Assembly: GCF_009914755.1 (NCBI RefSeq)
Contig: NC_060938.1
Source: the human T2T-CHM13v2.0 reference genome, Homo sapiens
Reading direction: 5' to 3' (one strand)
DNA: 64,000 bases
A program made the translations under genes and the position numbers. This document shows, one piece after another, positions 11,921 through 24,839 of the stretch (position 1 is the stretch's first letter; each line of letters begins with the position of its first letter). The notes below the pieces were generated by a model that had not been told where the DNA came from, ran no database searches, and saw only the letters and a list, made by a program, of their open reading frames with translations.

Positions 11921-12744
11921 GAATCTGCTGTGATATACAAAATCAGGGATATTTTTGTTTCTGTGGAGATATTACTACAATGGTTTTGCTCGGGGAATCC
12001 TGACCCCTGGAAAGCAGCAAGAAGCACATGCAGTGACATATTCCATTTTTATTGTCTCTTTTACACGTGGACACAAATGTCTTCTTAATTGAATGTCCTC
12101 ATTTGTCTAAATTCTGGGAGAAAGGTTGGAGGGAGATAAAACCCAGGGAGGTGAAGTCATTTGCTTTTAGTTGCACGAGTTAATGGCTGTAGTAGTAATA
12201 TAACTCGAGACCATATCCATTAGGACAGTATTCCCTGAGTCTGAGAATCGATAATCTATGGTTTCATTAAAGCAAAAGCATGCTGCTTCAAGAGAAAAGC
12301 ATGTCACTGTATTTCCTGGCATCATAAAAGTTATCTTAATATTGAAATTTTATCCCTATTGTTCAGAGAGTCATGCTTTGTATGTACTGTTGAGTGTTTG
12401 AATCCTGAAAGCTAGCCCCAAGGAACCCTTGATGCGGCTGGATTTGGCTATTTTAGTCTCCAGTCAGGCTTCCATTCATTTCATCTCTGAAATCTAATGA
12501 TCTCATCTAATAAAATTATAAAAGAGTCTAAACTGCTCAGGACTTAATCAGCTTAGTCCAAGAGAATTAAATCAAAGCCCTAGGTGTGTACACTTCATCC
12601 CTCAGATGAAATCTCACCCTGGGAGACAATCTTATTATTTGGTTACTTATTATTTGGGAGGCTGAAAGATTGGGAGGAGAATGCATGAATTTAAAAAGAT
12701 ATGCCATTAACCTAACAGGATGGAGGCAGCTTTGTGGCTTTTGT

Positions 12745-12960
12745 AGTGAAGCATAGTGTAGAGGGTAGGGGTTTGGGCTGTAGACAGATCTCTCAGATTC
12801 ATTTCACATGCTGCCACTTATTAGTGATGTGACATTGGGAATTACTGAGCCTTGGATTCACCGTCAATTGAAATGAATTGAGTTGAATTGAATTGAGATA
12901 ATAGAACTAACCTTGTAAAGTTATTGTAAGGATTGATGGAGATTATACATATAAACACAT
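12745..12960 (+). mobile_element. MIR
   Basis: CTGCCACTTATTAGTGATGTGACATTGGG..CTGAGCCT..GATAATAG..CCTTGTAAAGTTATTGTAAGGATT. Confidence 0.7.
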
Positions 12961-13729
12961 GTATATATATTCCAGCAGTATGTTTTTAAAAATACATAAA
13001 TACACATATGTGTGTGTGTGTGTATATATATATCTATATTTATCCTACAGTGTGTATGTGTATTCTAGCTGTGCCTGTCCTAGAAATACAGGTTGTCATT
13101 GTTATTATAATCACTAATTATTATACATATTAAATATTGTATAATCACTTGTGATTACATATATTAGAATATTGGATGTATTATAATCACTAATTATTAC
13201 ATATATTAATGTATTGTTTTTGATTAGTACACCATTAAGTATGTAATTATTACTTTAAAAAAACAGCAGTAGGCCCAAAGAATGGGGAAAAGGCTACAGA
13301 ACACAGTGAGGAGATACATTTGTTCAGCCTGCATCATGACAGACTTCAGGAAGCGAGAGAGAGAAATGTAGGGTTCACACATTGCCTTCTTTGAAGAGGC
13401 TTAGTATGAAGAACACAGCTATGGTGATGGTTTCTAAAGAGTAAACTTCACTGAGTGTGGCCCTGAGAAAGCTTCTGGGGACAGTCCATTTCATGCCTTA
13501 TTCCAAGTGTGGAATAGAACACATCTCTTTGAACTGAAGTAGGATGAACCCAACATCATGAAATCCCAGAGATTCTTTTGCTCACTGTGGTGTGGGGAAA
13601 GCTTGGTAGCATCAGCCTTAGGATGGGCAAGTTACTCTGATTCCTTTTTAACAAAAGCAAAGTTCTCAATGGAATTTTCTATGACTGTCAGATCTGTGAG
13701 CCATCAGAGAGACCTCCTCAAGAAGATAT

Positions 13730-13860
13730 AAGTTCATTCATTCATTTGAGCACTGATGCTCCGCTCTGGGCCAGGCACTGGAAAGACAGAGATAAGAGGC
13801 ATAGTCCTTCCAGGCTTTCAGGGGCCTGACAGTGTGGGGAGCTGCAGGACACACAAGGAA
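13730..13860 (-). mobile_element. L2 3' end
   Basis: TTCATTCATTCATTTGAGCAC..GCCAGGCACTGG..AGAGATAAGAGGCATAGTCC. Confidence 0.65.
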
Positions 13861-14569
13861 TACTAGAAGAGAGGGAGCCTCAGCCATAACGAAGGCTCAC
13901 AAGTGCACAGCTCACCGATCCTGGAAGGCTGGGGATAATGATGACTGGCATGCTGTTGTTTCCTAGAAGAATTCCCCTAAAATTCTAGATTCACCAGTCA
14001 CAGCATAGCTTTTATGCCTCAGAATCCTACTGCAGGCTTTTGGCCCAGAAGCTATTTGAAACTTTTAACAGTGGATCCTGTTGTGACTAAGCGCTGCCAA
14101 AGTAACAACTGGTATTATGGGGATATTTATAAAAGTGCTTTGTCCTTTCCAAAGGGAGAACTGTTTAGCATTGAAAAAAGAAGTGGTAGCGCTACTAAGG
14201 ACGATTTTCTGTGTATCTGCAAATCAAAGAAAGTTTTGATGATGTCTACTTGTACTCCTAAAATATACAGCTTCTGCGATTTAACTCTTCATTCCCAGTG
14301 CTATCTTAGTTCCAGTGGATAATAATGGCTCTGCAGGTCTGGACTGCTGTCTACATGAATGAAACCCTGAAGAGTTGTGCAGGGCACAACTAATCATGGC
14401 AGCTTTTCTTTGGGCAGCTTCAGATGACAAAGGAGAGACTTCTCTTTCCTCCCCTGTTATGGATTAGAATTGCTTATAAATATTGCAGAAACGAGAAGGC
14501 ATTTGTATCTCTTTCCAGTTACGTGGACCTTCTTACTTTCTCTCGTCTCTTCATCTATGATCTGTATAT

Positions 14570-14910
14570 GAAGAGCCAGGCCTCTTGGATTTGCATCTAT
14601 GTTCTATATCTGGGACCTTGGACAAATTTTTCCACTTTTTCTGAGCTTTATCTGCAACATAAGATAATAATGGCTAGCACTTATTGAACTCTTACCATAT
14701 GTCAGGCAATGTTCCAAATGGTTAATACGTAGTATCTAATTTAATGCAAACCCCTCAATAAGGTGGTATTCTTATCAATTTTTCTTCAGGAGAAATAAGC
14801 AAGGCTTAAACCTTGGGGTCAAGGTGTAGCCAAGGTCACCCAGTAATAAATTGCAAAGGCTGGGATTTGAACCCAGGTCTGTTTGGCTCAGATGCCTGTG
14901 AATTTAACTA
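14570..14910. mobile_element. Two adjacent MIRs in opposite orientation (+ about 14570-14670; - about 14665-14910)
   Basis: GGACCTTGGACAAATT..CTGAGCTT..TCTGCAA (+); CACTTATTGAACTCTTACCATATGTCAGGCA..CCAAGGTCACCCAG..GGGATTTGAACCCAGGTCTG (-). Confidence 0.7.
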
Positions 14911-15138
14911 GGCCACCTGGACTGATATATTATAGTCCCCATACAAAACTGATTTCTCTTCTAAATTAACAAATTGTTATTCTAGTTTATCATTGTTTTA
15001 AAGTAGTCATGTTGATGCTCAGATGTGCCTTGAGGCATCTGATTCAGTGAACAGGTAGCAACACCTCCTCCTAGTACTGCCTTTGACTTAACACTCTACA
15101 GAATTAAATAATTCTAATAGAAATTTTACTTTATTTAG

Positions 15139-15786
<648 letters not shown>

Positions 15787-16339
15787 ATTAGACATTACAC
15801 TTTTATATTGTAATAAATATCCTCCATTTTTCAAATGAGGTTTCAATCGACTGGATATTTTTTCTCTACTGCTCAGCATAGTCAGCAATGAATTTCATGC
15901 ACTTAAAATGTTGTACCTCTGCCTGAGTTATTAATATATTCTAGCAACAGCAATTACAGAATCTTTTTGCTACCCACTTTGAATCGTTCCCTCAGTTGGA
16001 CAGAGCACCAGTTGTATTAATAGCAATTTGGGTTTTTTAAAATGAGAGATTAAAAATAATCTAATCAATTGTCTGGGCTGCTTTCCCGTGAAGAACAGGT
16101 GTTTTAAAGTAATTCAGCCCCTATCTTTCTCCCTGGAATAAAAGAGATGCAAGTGAGCTTGGGCCCCATACACGTATGCAAAGAGCTCCTTGTGGGGTGC
16201 TGGATGCCCCAAGACTGAACTCAGGGTCCACAGCTCCAAGTTCAAGGCCTTTTCCTGGGTCGATCCCAGCACAGTGTGCTGACTGAGTCATGTTAGGTTT
16301 TGTTTCTTACCTTTGCTTTTTTACTTAATTTTTCAAGTA

Positions 16340-16580
16340 ACTTTTTCTGATTACAAAAGTAATACATATTTGTTATTCAAACTTTTGAAAAATAAAAGCA
16401 CAAAGAAGAAAAATAAAGATGCTTAGAAAGCCAACACTTAAAGATGACTGCTATTAACATTTTGGTGCATTTTCTAGTACATATATATGTGTATACTAGA
16501 AATACGTACTGATATGTACTAACATGTATCTATTTTTAAAATAGTATAATGGGTACATAACTTGTATGCTGTTTCATAAC
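16340..16580 (-). mobile_element. L1ME-type 3' end
   Basis: TTTTCTGATTACAAAAGTAATACAT..AAAGAAGAAAATAAA..ACTGCTATTAACATTTTGGTG. Confidence 0.6.
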
Positions 16581-16581
16581 T

Positions 16582-17165
16582 CTATTACTTTCTTATTGCT
16601 GCTGCCATAATAAATTACCACAAACTTAGTGGTGTACAACCACACACATTTTTAAAAATCCCTGTAAGTTAAGAGGTATAAGTCTTGAAGGGCTAAAATC
16701 AAGGTGTTCGCAAGGCATTGCATTTTGGAAGCTCCAGGGGAGAATTCATTTTCTTGCTCACTTGGGTTGTCAGCAGAATCTAGTTTTCCCAGCAGTTGTA
16801 GAACTAAGGATCTCATTTCCTGCTAGAAGAACACGGAGGTCCATCCCCAGCTTCTAGGGCTGCCCACATCCTTTGGCTCATGGCCACTTTTCCTGTCTTT
16901 CAAAGCCGGCAACAGTGGATATCGTCCCTCTCATGTTGTATCTCTCTCACTGCAGCTAAGAACGTTTCTCAATTTTAAGGATTTAAATTAAATCGAATTA
17001 GGTCGGGCCCATCTGGGTAATCCAGGCTACGCTCCCCATTTAACGATAATCTTAATCACATCTGCAAAGTCCATTTTGTCATGCAAGAAAACATAGTTAC
17101 AGGTTCCAGAATAAGGACATGGGTGTTAGTTGGGGGGTGGGGGGCGGGCATTATTCTAGCTACCA
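16582..17165 (-). mobile_element. MLT1D/E-like MaLR LTR
   Basis: TTGCTGCTG..AAATTACCACAAACTTAGTGG..GGGCTAAAATCAAGGTGT..CTTAATCACATCTGCAAAGTCC..GGCATTATTCTAGCTACCA. Confidence 0.85.
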
Positions 17166-17195
17166 AAAATAACCTTGTGGGCATCCATCTATGGA

Positions 17196-17335
17196 AGTGG
17201 TTCTCAAACTTCAGCGTGTATAAGATTTGTCTGAGGAACTGTAGATTTGGGGTAGGACCCAGGAATCTTCATTTCAGCAAGCTCCTCCTGTGATCCTGGG
17301 GCAGGTGCTCCATGAATCACACTTAAGAAAGATTG
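17196..17335. mobile_element. MER5-type hAT-Charlie element
   Basis: AGTGGTTCTCAAACTTCAGCGTG..GGACCCAGGAATCTTCATTTCAGCAAGCTCC..CACACTTAAGAA. Confidence 0.7.
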
Positions 17336-18959
17336 GTTATGACATCCACTGTCCTAGAATGTGCGTTTTAATCAATGCATAGTGTGCATACTATATTTGT
17401 CTTTTATAAGTCTTTCATAATTTTCTTGCTAATTCTATATTTGTACCATCTGTGACTATCTCCTTACCATATTGTCCTTTTAGTGCAAAAACCTTGCACA
17501 TTCATGAGCAATTCTATGCTTTGGTGTTTAGTGTTTTGTTTTTGTTTTTGTTCATTTACTGGAATGTTGAGGAGCTCGGGGCCTCTATCCTTTAACCCTT
17601 AAGAAGAGGCTGACAGCATTACTGATCATCTGCCTATTGCAGGGACTGGCCATGTTCCTCTCCAGCAGCATGTTTGACCATTGTATTTCTATTGCTGGAA
17701 GCTAGACTGATCACTGGGGATGGCAGAGGATGCATTTTGCCAAGTTCGTAACTCACCCAAAACCCCTGGGTTCAGCATTTCCACCTGAACAGGAAACTTT
17801 CAATGTTTAATTTACTCTTAAAATAAAAATATTCTGTGCCTGAGAAAAGGGCTTAGAAAAGCCTTACAAATGGCTTCCAAACATATCCAAGGCTTTATGG
17901 TGCACAACATTGAATGACTTAAGTAGAAAGGAATAGTGGCACAAACATCTTCCTTCAATTACTCAGTTTTAAAATTGAAAAAGCATTTGGCAAAAAAGTT
18001 TGCATTTTCTTATAGCTGGGGTTTGGAAAAGAATGGTAAGCTATTCAAAGAATATCATCTGACCATCCAAACATGTTTGGGAACCTCAAAGTCTGCCAGA
18101 CTCTCTTAATCGCCTTTCTTAAGAAATCATTTACATAACTTTAAGAAAGATCTTGGCATTTCCATCATTTCCATCATAAAGATTTGTTTGGTTTTATTTT
18201 TTTTAGTCCCAGAAAAAAGCTGGTTATGTTAGAATCTTGGAAAATTAAAGTACATGAATTTTTTTAAGTCAAAATCTTTATAATTTTATAATGAAATACC
18301 TTGTGTGCTTTCTTCGTTCTGCTGCAGATTGAGATTTTAGTTTCTAAGATAGTAATTGATATCATGAAAGGAAACATAGCTGAGACATTTTACTTTTTAT
18401 GAAACAATGAATCTGTTTACAGGTGCAATCAGTAGCCAGCTACTGTGAAATTAGTGACTGGCATAAGCTACAGAGGCCAAAGTGGGCTACCGAGAGACTG
18501 GAGGCAAGTCCAGAGTGACAGACACCAGAGAAGATTTCACTCTCTGAGCAGATGTTGAAGAGAATGGCCTAGAAATGGACTGTTTAGTAGCTAAAGGAAA
18601 TTGAGCCTTTTTTCCCCTTTGTTTGCTACAAATAAACTATTCCAGGGCCCAGTTTGCCTAAAGAGAAAGAGATCATACATGTGTATCTTTGCATGTGTGG
18701 GTTGTGGTGAAGTAAACAAGAGAAAATCTGGGTGGAAGATCTCTCTCTGACAGATGAGCCCTGACAGTCCTTTCAGCACTTTCAAAATGTATTTAAAACA
18801 AGTTCTGCAATGTAATAATAAACACCGTCACCTTACTTCTGCCCTTTGGAGACACTAAATGGAAGACAGAAGTTCTGGAAAACAGAAGCAGAGGGAGAGA
18901 AGAAGAAATTCTAGAAAGGTCCAAGTAAAACAGAGCAATGACGACTCATTAAAAAGCAG

Positions 18960-19650
18960 TCACAACTATGCCAAGTGCTAGAGAATAGATGGAGCTACAA
19001 GAACTCTAATTGTGAGTGAGAATGTAAAATGGCACAGCCACTTCGGAAAATAGCCTGGCAGCATCTTATAAAGTTGAAGATACACTTATATGACCCAGCG
19101 ATACCACCACTTTTGGGTATTTACCCAAGAAAAATGAAAATGTGTCAAAAGACTTGTACATGAATATTCACAGTGGCTTTATTCATAATAGTTAAAAATT
19201 GGAAACAACCCAAAGAGTTAATCAATAGGTGAACAGATTTTTTTAAAATGTAATATATTCATACAATGGAATACTGCTTAGCGATAAGAAGGAAATATAC
19301 TATTGATAATACATGCAGCTAAATGAATGAATTTCAAACACGTTCTGTTGAGCAAAAGAGTCCAGACATAAAAGACTAAATATGGCATGTTTCCATTTAA
19401 ATAAAACTCTAGAAAAGACTCATCCCATCTACAACAGATGTGCTAGTGGTTATCTGGGGCTGGAGGTGGAGGTGGGGATTGACTGGGAAAGGGCACAAAG
19501 GAGCCCATTTGCGTGGTGGAAAGTTTTTACATCGTGATTTAGGTAGTAGTTACCTGAGTGTAGACATTTATCAAAACTCACCAAACCGTACACCAGAGTG
19601 CGTCTATTTTATTATATGTAAATTGTGCCTCAATAAAGTTGATGTAAAAA
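18960..19650 (+). mobile_element. L1ME/L1MD 3' end
   Basis: GAATGTAAAATGGCACAGCCACTTCGGAAAA..TATGACCCAGC..TGGAAACAACCCAAA..ending CCTCAATAAAGTTGAT. Confidence 0.85.
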
Positions 19651-19844
19651 TGTAGTTACAGAAAAGATGATAATTAGTATGCTTCAGAGCCACTTTACTA
19701 CGTTGTACATAATTATGGCAAAAAGTGAAAATACTTCAGAGTGGTTTTAAGAAGTGCTAATACAAGGCTAATTGCTCTGTCATAGGTGAGTGAGTTGTTA
19801 GACACTTAAATCCCTGTAAGGGAATTCTCTCCATTTGTCAGGGG

Positions 19845-19846
19845 AC

Positions 19847-19877
<31 letters not shown>
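19845..19877 (+). repeat. (CA)n microsatellite
   Basis: Direct observation. Confidence 0.9.
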
Positions 19878-20064
19878 ATCTCAGATGTTCAGAGGAGATT
19901 ATGAAAGTGAGAATCACTTTGTCCTTATTTCTACATCTATTGGCTCTTCCAGGTACAGGGTATTCTAGGATGAAAATGTGGTCCTCTCCTGTCAAGGGCA
20001 TGCAGTCTAGCAGAAGCTTCAGTGATCTTAACAAGGACGCACAGCAACATGGGATTATTTAACC

Positions 20065-20290
20065 GTAATGGTGACAATAACAGCAACCACTTATTGGGAG
20101 CTTACCCTGTGTCAGGCACTGAGCTGTGATTGACATTCTACCTCATTTAATCTTCACAACAGTTTTACAACCTGGGAATTCTTAGATCCCTATTTTATAG
20201 AAGGAAACTGAGGCTCAGAGGTTTTAAGTAACCTACCCAAGACTACACAGTGAATGATTAGTGAATGGCAGAGTTGCAGTTTGCTCATCA
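20065..20290 (-). mobile_element. MIR
   Basis: CACTTATTGGGAGCTTACCCTGTGTCAGGCACTG..CCTCATTTAATCTTCACAAC..GGAAACTGAGGCTCAGAG. Confidence 0.85.
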
Positions 20291-21124
20291 CCATCACGCA
20301 GCCCGCAATAGCCCCGTATTTAGTCTTTTATGTAGTGTTGATGATGGGGTGGTTGACTTGAGGGTTAAAGAAAATGTTACCATTTGTCCAACCTGCTCAG
20401 AACCCCCCTCAAATTCCAGAGAAGTGCAGGTTTCTTCCCAAACAAGTAGAAGTGCTATTGTTACCTTTGTCCAGATTCTCCTATGTTTCTGGACAATAGG
20501 CTAAGCTCTTTGCAATTCCTTACCCTGACATTCTTTCACCCAGGGAGGCTGCAGAGCTGAATAATATTCTTGGATTTGTGTCTCTCATCTTGTCACTGAT
20601 TAGTCCTAACTCTTCCTGGCAAGGCTCCTGCCAGGCTATTTCAGGAAACAAAAATTCATTACACACATCCTTATTGATTTTCCCTCTCCTTTGCTTATTA
20701 TTGAAATGCTTTTCCTTCCATCTCTTGAAGAAACTGTGTTGCAATTACTGGAAGCTTTGCTCACCCCAGCAGCCCACCCCTGGGCCGGAGGGCCTTTGCT
20801 GAGGCTCCTGGGAGATGGGGCAGAGGCAGCATCTCTCTGCTTGGTCCTGGCAGAGGGAGGCGGTTTATTGTCTCTTTCTAAAGTGGCTCCTGGGGGTGTG
20901 ACTTAGTAGTATCCCATTAGATAAACACTGGAACTGTTTCTAGTGATCAGCAGTGCCTCCTGGTTTCCTCAGTCTCCTTTCTCAGGAGTTTGGAGTATAA
21001 ATGCTGCAATGAATATCCAACCACCCAGCTTTGATGGCTAGGTCAGGAATATTTGACTTCTCTGCAGAGCCAAGAGAGGAAGAGAAACTAATTTTTATTG
21101 GGTGGATATACATTTTACAGAAAA

Positions 21125-21505
21125 TAGTGTTCTTGAGTACCTATTATGTGCTAGCTTCTGGAATGCATGTGAGCAAGGCAGCTATGGTCTGTGCTCTCAT
21201 GGATTTTATAGTCTGGTGAGGGATATAAACAGCAACAACAATAACAGTAAATGCAAGTAAATTGCAAACTAATAAAATTACAATTGCAATAGGTTCAGTG
21301 TCAACAGTAGGTTTCCGAGATAGAGAAAAATAGTCGGGTTTTATGCAATATCACGTGTCACATGCAATATCATGAATCTGCCAAAACACTCATGAAGTGG
21401 ATACTCGCCCTGAACTTAGAGACATTCAGTAGCTTGTTCCAGGTGACAGAGAGCCGGGTGCAAGACTGGGTCTGTCTGACTCCAAGGCTAGTGCTCTTTC
21501 TGCTG
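21125..21505 (-). mobile_element. L2 fragment followed by MIR fragment
   Basis: TTGAGTACCTATTATGTGCTAG..GGTCTGTGCTCTCATGGATTTTATAGTCTGGTG (L2); GGGTCTGTCTGACTCCAAGGC (MIR). Confidence 0.6.
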
Positions 21506-22899
21506 TGTTCTAAGGCACATGGAGACCTCCCCAAGGTAATTGGAGAGTGTGGTTGAATTTCCAGGCTGTGGTCAGGTCTCAGTGTGGTGTAGTTCCCCCA
21601 TCCTGTCTGCAAGCTCTCTGTCTGCCAGAAGAAAAAAGAAATCTCAGTTTTCACAATAAATCAATGATGGACTTGGTATAATGTGCTCCCTAGGGAAGGC
21701 CTCATACTATTTGTTAGTTACACAAGGCTGGGTCTTGGTTTCGCGTGGGTGAGTTCTACGTGGCGGTACATTTTGGCAGGAGATGGTCCCTCTGCTCTGG
21801 GGGATGCTGTTCTTCTGGACCACAGGCATGTGCCCTGTAGGCTTCAATGCAGCCCATCCCTCCCTCTGCTAGGCCTGCCTTTTACATGTTCATGGTTACT
21901 CACATTTCTGCTCAGGCCTCTGTCTGACGTTGGTGCCTGCAGCCCCTTCCCTTGGATGGCAGGGCGAGCAGAAGCCACCCCTGCTGGGTAGACAGCAGTC
22001 AGGGTTGTAGGCTCACCCAGGGGGTATCTCAGAGGGCATGGTGGGGAGGGGGCTGCCGGGAGGCAATATTCCAGGAGCCTGGTTCTCAGAGCCGCATCCT
22101 GGAGAGGAAGAAGAAAAGTTGGCAGCAGGCTGGGAAATGTACCCGAGAGCAGGTGAAGCCCCTCTTGTGAGTGTGCACAGTCCTGGAGGGCAGGGGAAAA
22201 TCTCAGTCCAGGCCAGAGCGAGGACCGAGTGGGGTGAGAGTAGGAGCCCGGACATGGGCATGGGGAGTGTCACCACCAGTCTGCCAAGATAGTGATGCAG
22301 CTGTGCCTGCCTCCCTACCTGTGCCCCATAACAACAAACAAGTGACTCATTCCACTGTGCTCTTTTTGCACAGGGCACACATCACATACCTACACAGAAA
22401 TGCTTCACAGGTTACAATACAGGTGTGTAGAGCAGACAAAACAAAACCCTTGATCTCCTGTGGCAAAAACAACTCCCATCTGAAGCCCGTGACAGAAACT
22501 GCACCTAGCTGTAACTTTAGGCTTGATCGCTGCAGTGTTTTTCAATATTTTCAGGTTTAATCTCAGTCAATTCAGGATAACTGCCCCCACCCCTTTTTTA
22601 CCTTCAGGGGGACCTAAGCTCCCTGGCGTCACATGCTATCTGGGCATTAGGGGTATAGTGGAGGTGGAAGGTAGATGGTTTGGTTCTTGGCTGGCATCTA
22701 CCTGAGTGCAAATCCTCTTGTCTGGTCATTAGTGACTGGCTTATATCCTATCAGCATTTCCAGAGATGCTCACAGCTCTCATTTGGTCTTAGTCAGCAGG
22801 TTCTCCCAGACCACTTGACTATTATAATTATTATGATGTTGGAGCTATGCAAGAGAAATTCGCAGATCCATTCCCTGTCTACTCCCTGCTGTTGGAACT

Positions 22900-23310
22900 G
22901 TCTTTCCCCATTTTTGCCTGGCTATGTCCCATACATTCCTTGTCTTCTACCCCTCAATCTAAATTAAATGACTACCTATCTGAGAACTAGGTACTTTCCT
23001 TTCATAGTATTTATCAAAGTTTGTAAACATCTATGAATATGTGACATCTGTATTTAAGGTCTTTTCCCACATCCCCACGTCCCTCCATCATAAACCCTGT
23101 AATGGCAAGGATTTTTGATTTATTTGTTTACTCTTGAATTCTCAGCACCTTGGAAAATGCTTAGTACATAGAAGTCACAAAAATAAAGATGACTGGATAC
23201 AACTCGAGGCTCCATAAGTCCAAGTGACTTGCCCAAGATCTCACGGCCAATCAACAGAACAGCAGCACTGTAACCTGACCCTCGGGTGGCCAATAACAGG
23301 GCTGTTTCCA
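22900..23310. mobile_element. L2 3' end (+) abutting MIR (-)
   Basis: TCTCAGCACCTTGGAAAATGCTTAGTACATAGAAG (L2); AAGTGACTTGCCCAAGATCTCACGGCCAAT (MIR). Confidence 0.6.
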
Positions 23311-24340
23311 AAACACTGTGCTGAGTGAGGTTGTCTTTGACAAGGTGTTAAAAATCTGACTACTAATTCTCAGATTCTAAAGACCTGTTTTTCATTAAGA
23401 AATGCCAAGAGTGTTAGTTTGTAATGTGAAAAAGGAGGCACCCAATCAAAAGTGGCTTTATCCTGGACTACTGGGAATTATGCTCCTGCCGTCACAGCAC
23501 TCCCGAGAAATCCTGAAGAATTCCTTGATGTGGGACAGGCTGTGCTCATGTCAGGGAGCCAAAAGAAACACAAGGGAAAGGCAAAGCCTCTTTCCACTGA
23601 CCTTGTGGGGAAACCGTGTCCTGTCTGCATTCCTAGACAATGGCTCTCAGAGGCAAGTGGGCAGGGCTGACTCCAGGAGTCTCCTGAGTCTCTGATTGTG
23701 GAAGTTGCTGTCCGGATCCCTGCTTGACCCTATGGGATATTAAGAGGCAGTGGTGAAGGGGGAGGAAGTACCACTGGCAAAATTTGATCTCTGGCCTCCT
23801 GTCAGTCTGTCCTCCTGGTGATAGGGATAGTTCTTGTGCTGGGGTTTTGTGGAGATGGGCATGGCCATCTAGATGGGTTGGGAAGGGCAGAAAGTAACTT
23901 GTTTTTCTCACTAAATGAGACTTCTTCCCTCTTTCACAGTTGATCTCAGCTGTGAATGGATTTGTCACCAGCTTCCAAGTAAGATTAGTTATGGTGAGGA
24001 TGGTTTGCTCCATGCTAACTTGGGTCATGTAGCTCACAGTCTGACCCAGTCCAATGCAGGCTGAGGAGTCAGTGTCCTAGTGCTGAAATTGGCTAAAAGA
24101 GAAGTCATTCAACAACAAAACCAAGAAGAGCATTAGCTACCAGGGCCTTTGAACTTGATCAGGCCATGCAGTGCCCCTCAACCCAATATTCATTCCTTGT
24201 CCCACTGATGCCACTGCCTCACATCCAATAGGGTCACGATGACCTTGAATATGGAAAGGACTGATTTGCCACCCTCACAAAGTGGCTGTTAGTCTCTCTC
24301 AAGCTTAAGCTTTTGATATTACAATTAATTCCTCATTATT

Positions 24341-24839
24341 TGTCAGTAAGGATTAGGTTTTGTTGTAACAGAGATCTGAATATAGTAACTCAAATACACA
24401 GTGGCTTAAATCCTTTCACTTAAGGAAATCCGGAAGAAAGCAGCCCAGAGCTTGTATGGCAGCTCTGTGAAGTCATTAGAGACCCAGGCTCCTCTATCTT
24501 CAGCATAGTTCTCAATCCCCCAAGTCTTCTTAGAAGAAGAAGAAGGCTGCTGAAGCTCTAGCAATCATGTCTGTATCCCAGGCAGCAGGAAGGAGGAAGG
24601 AGGACAACAGCCTCTTTTCCCAGCATGTCAGGCATCCTTAAATCTCTTCAAACAGTCTTCTTGGAAGTCCCATATGATACATCTCACTGACCAGAGCTCA
24701 GTCACATGGCTACTGCTAACCACAAAGCAGGCTGACAAACACCTTTCAGCTGTGTGCACTGCTGGACCAAATAAAATCAAGGTCCTGTTGTTAAGAAAAA
24801 AGAGAGAGGAGTAGGAGGCTGCTCAGAGTTTCTGCCACA
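24341..24839 (-). mobile_element. MLT1K-like ancient MaLR LTR
   Basis: TGTCAGTAAGGATTAGG..CAGTGGCTTAAA..GACCCAGGCTCC..GTCACATGGC..TTTCTGCCACA. Confidence 0.7.

Noticed and set aside
17131-17149. G-run cluster with G-quadruplex potential (also the C-run at 39646-39666)
   Set aside because: Short G/C expansions inside old repeats with no functional context.
22013-24037. Longest non-repeat ORFs (121-134 aa)
   Set aside because: No recognisable domain, overlapping on both strands, and lengths expected by chance in 64 kb.
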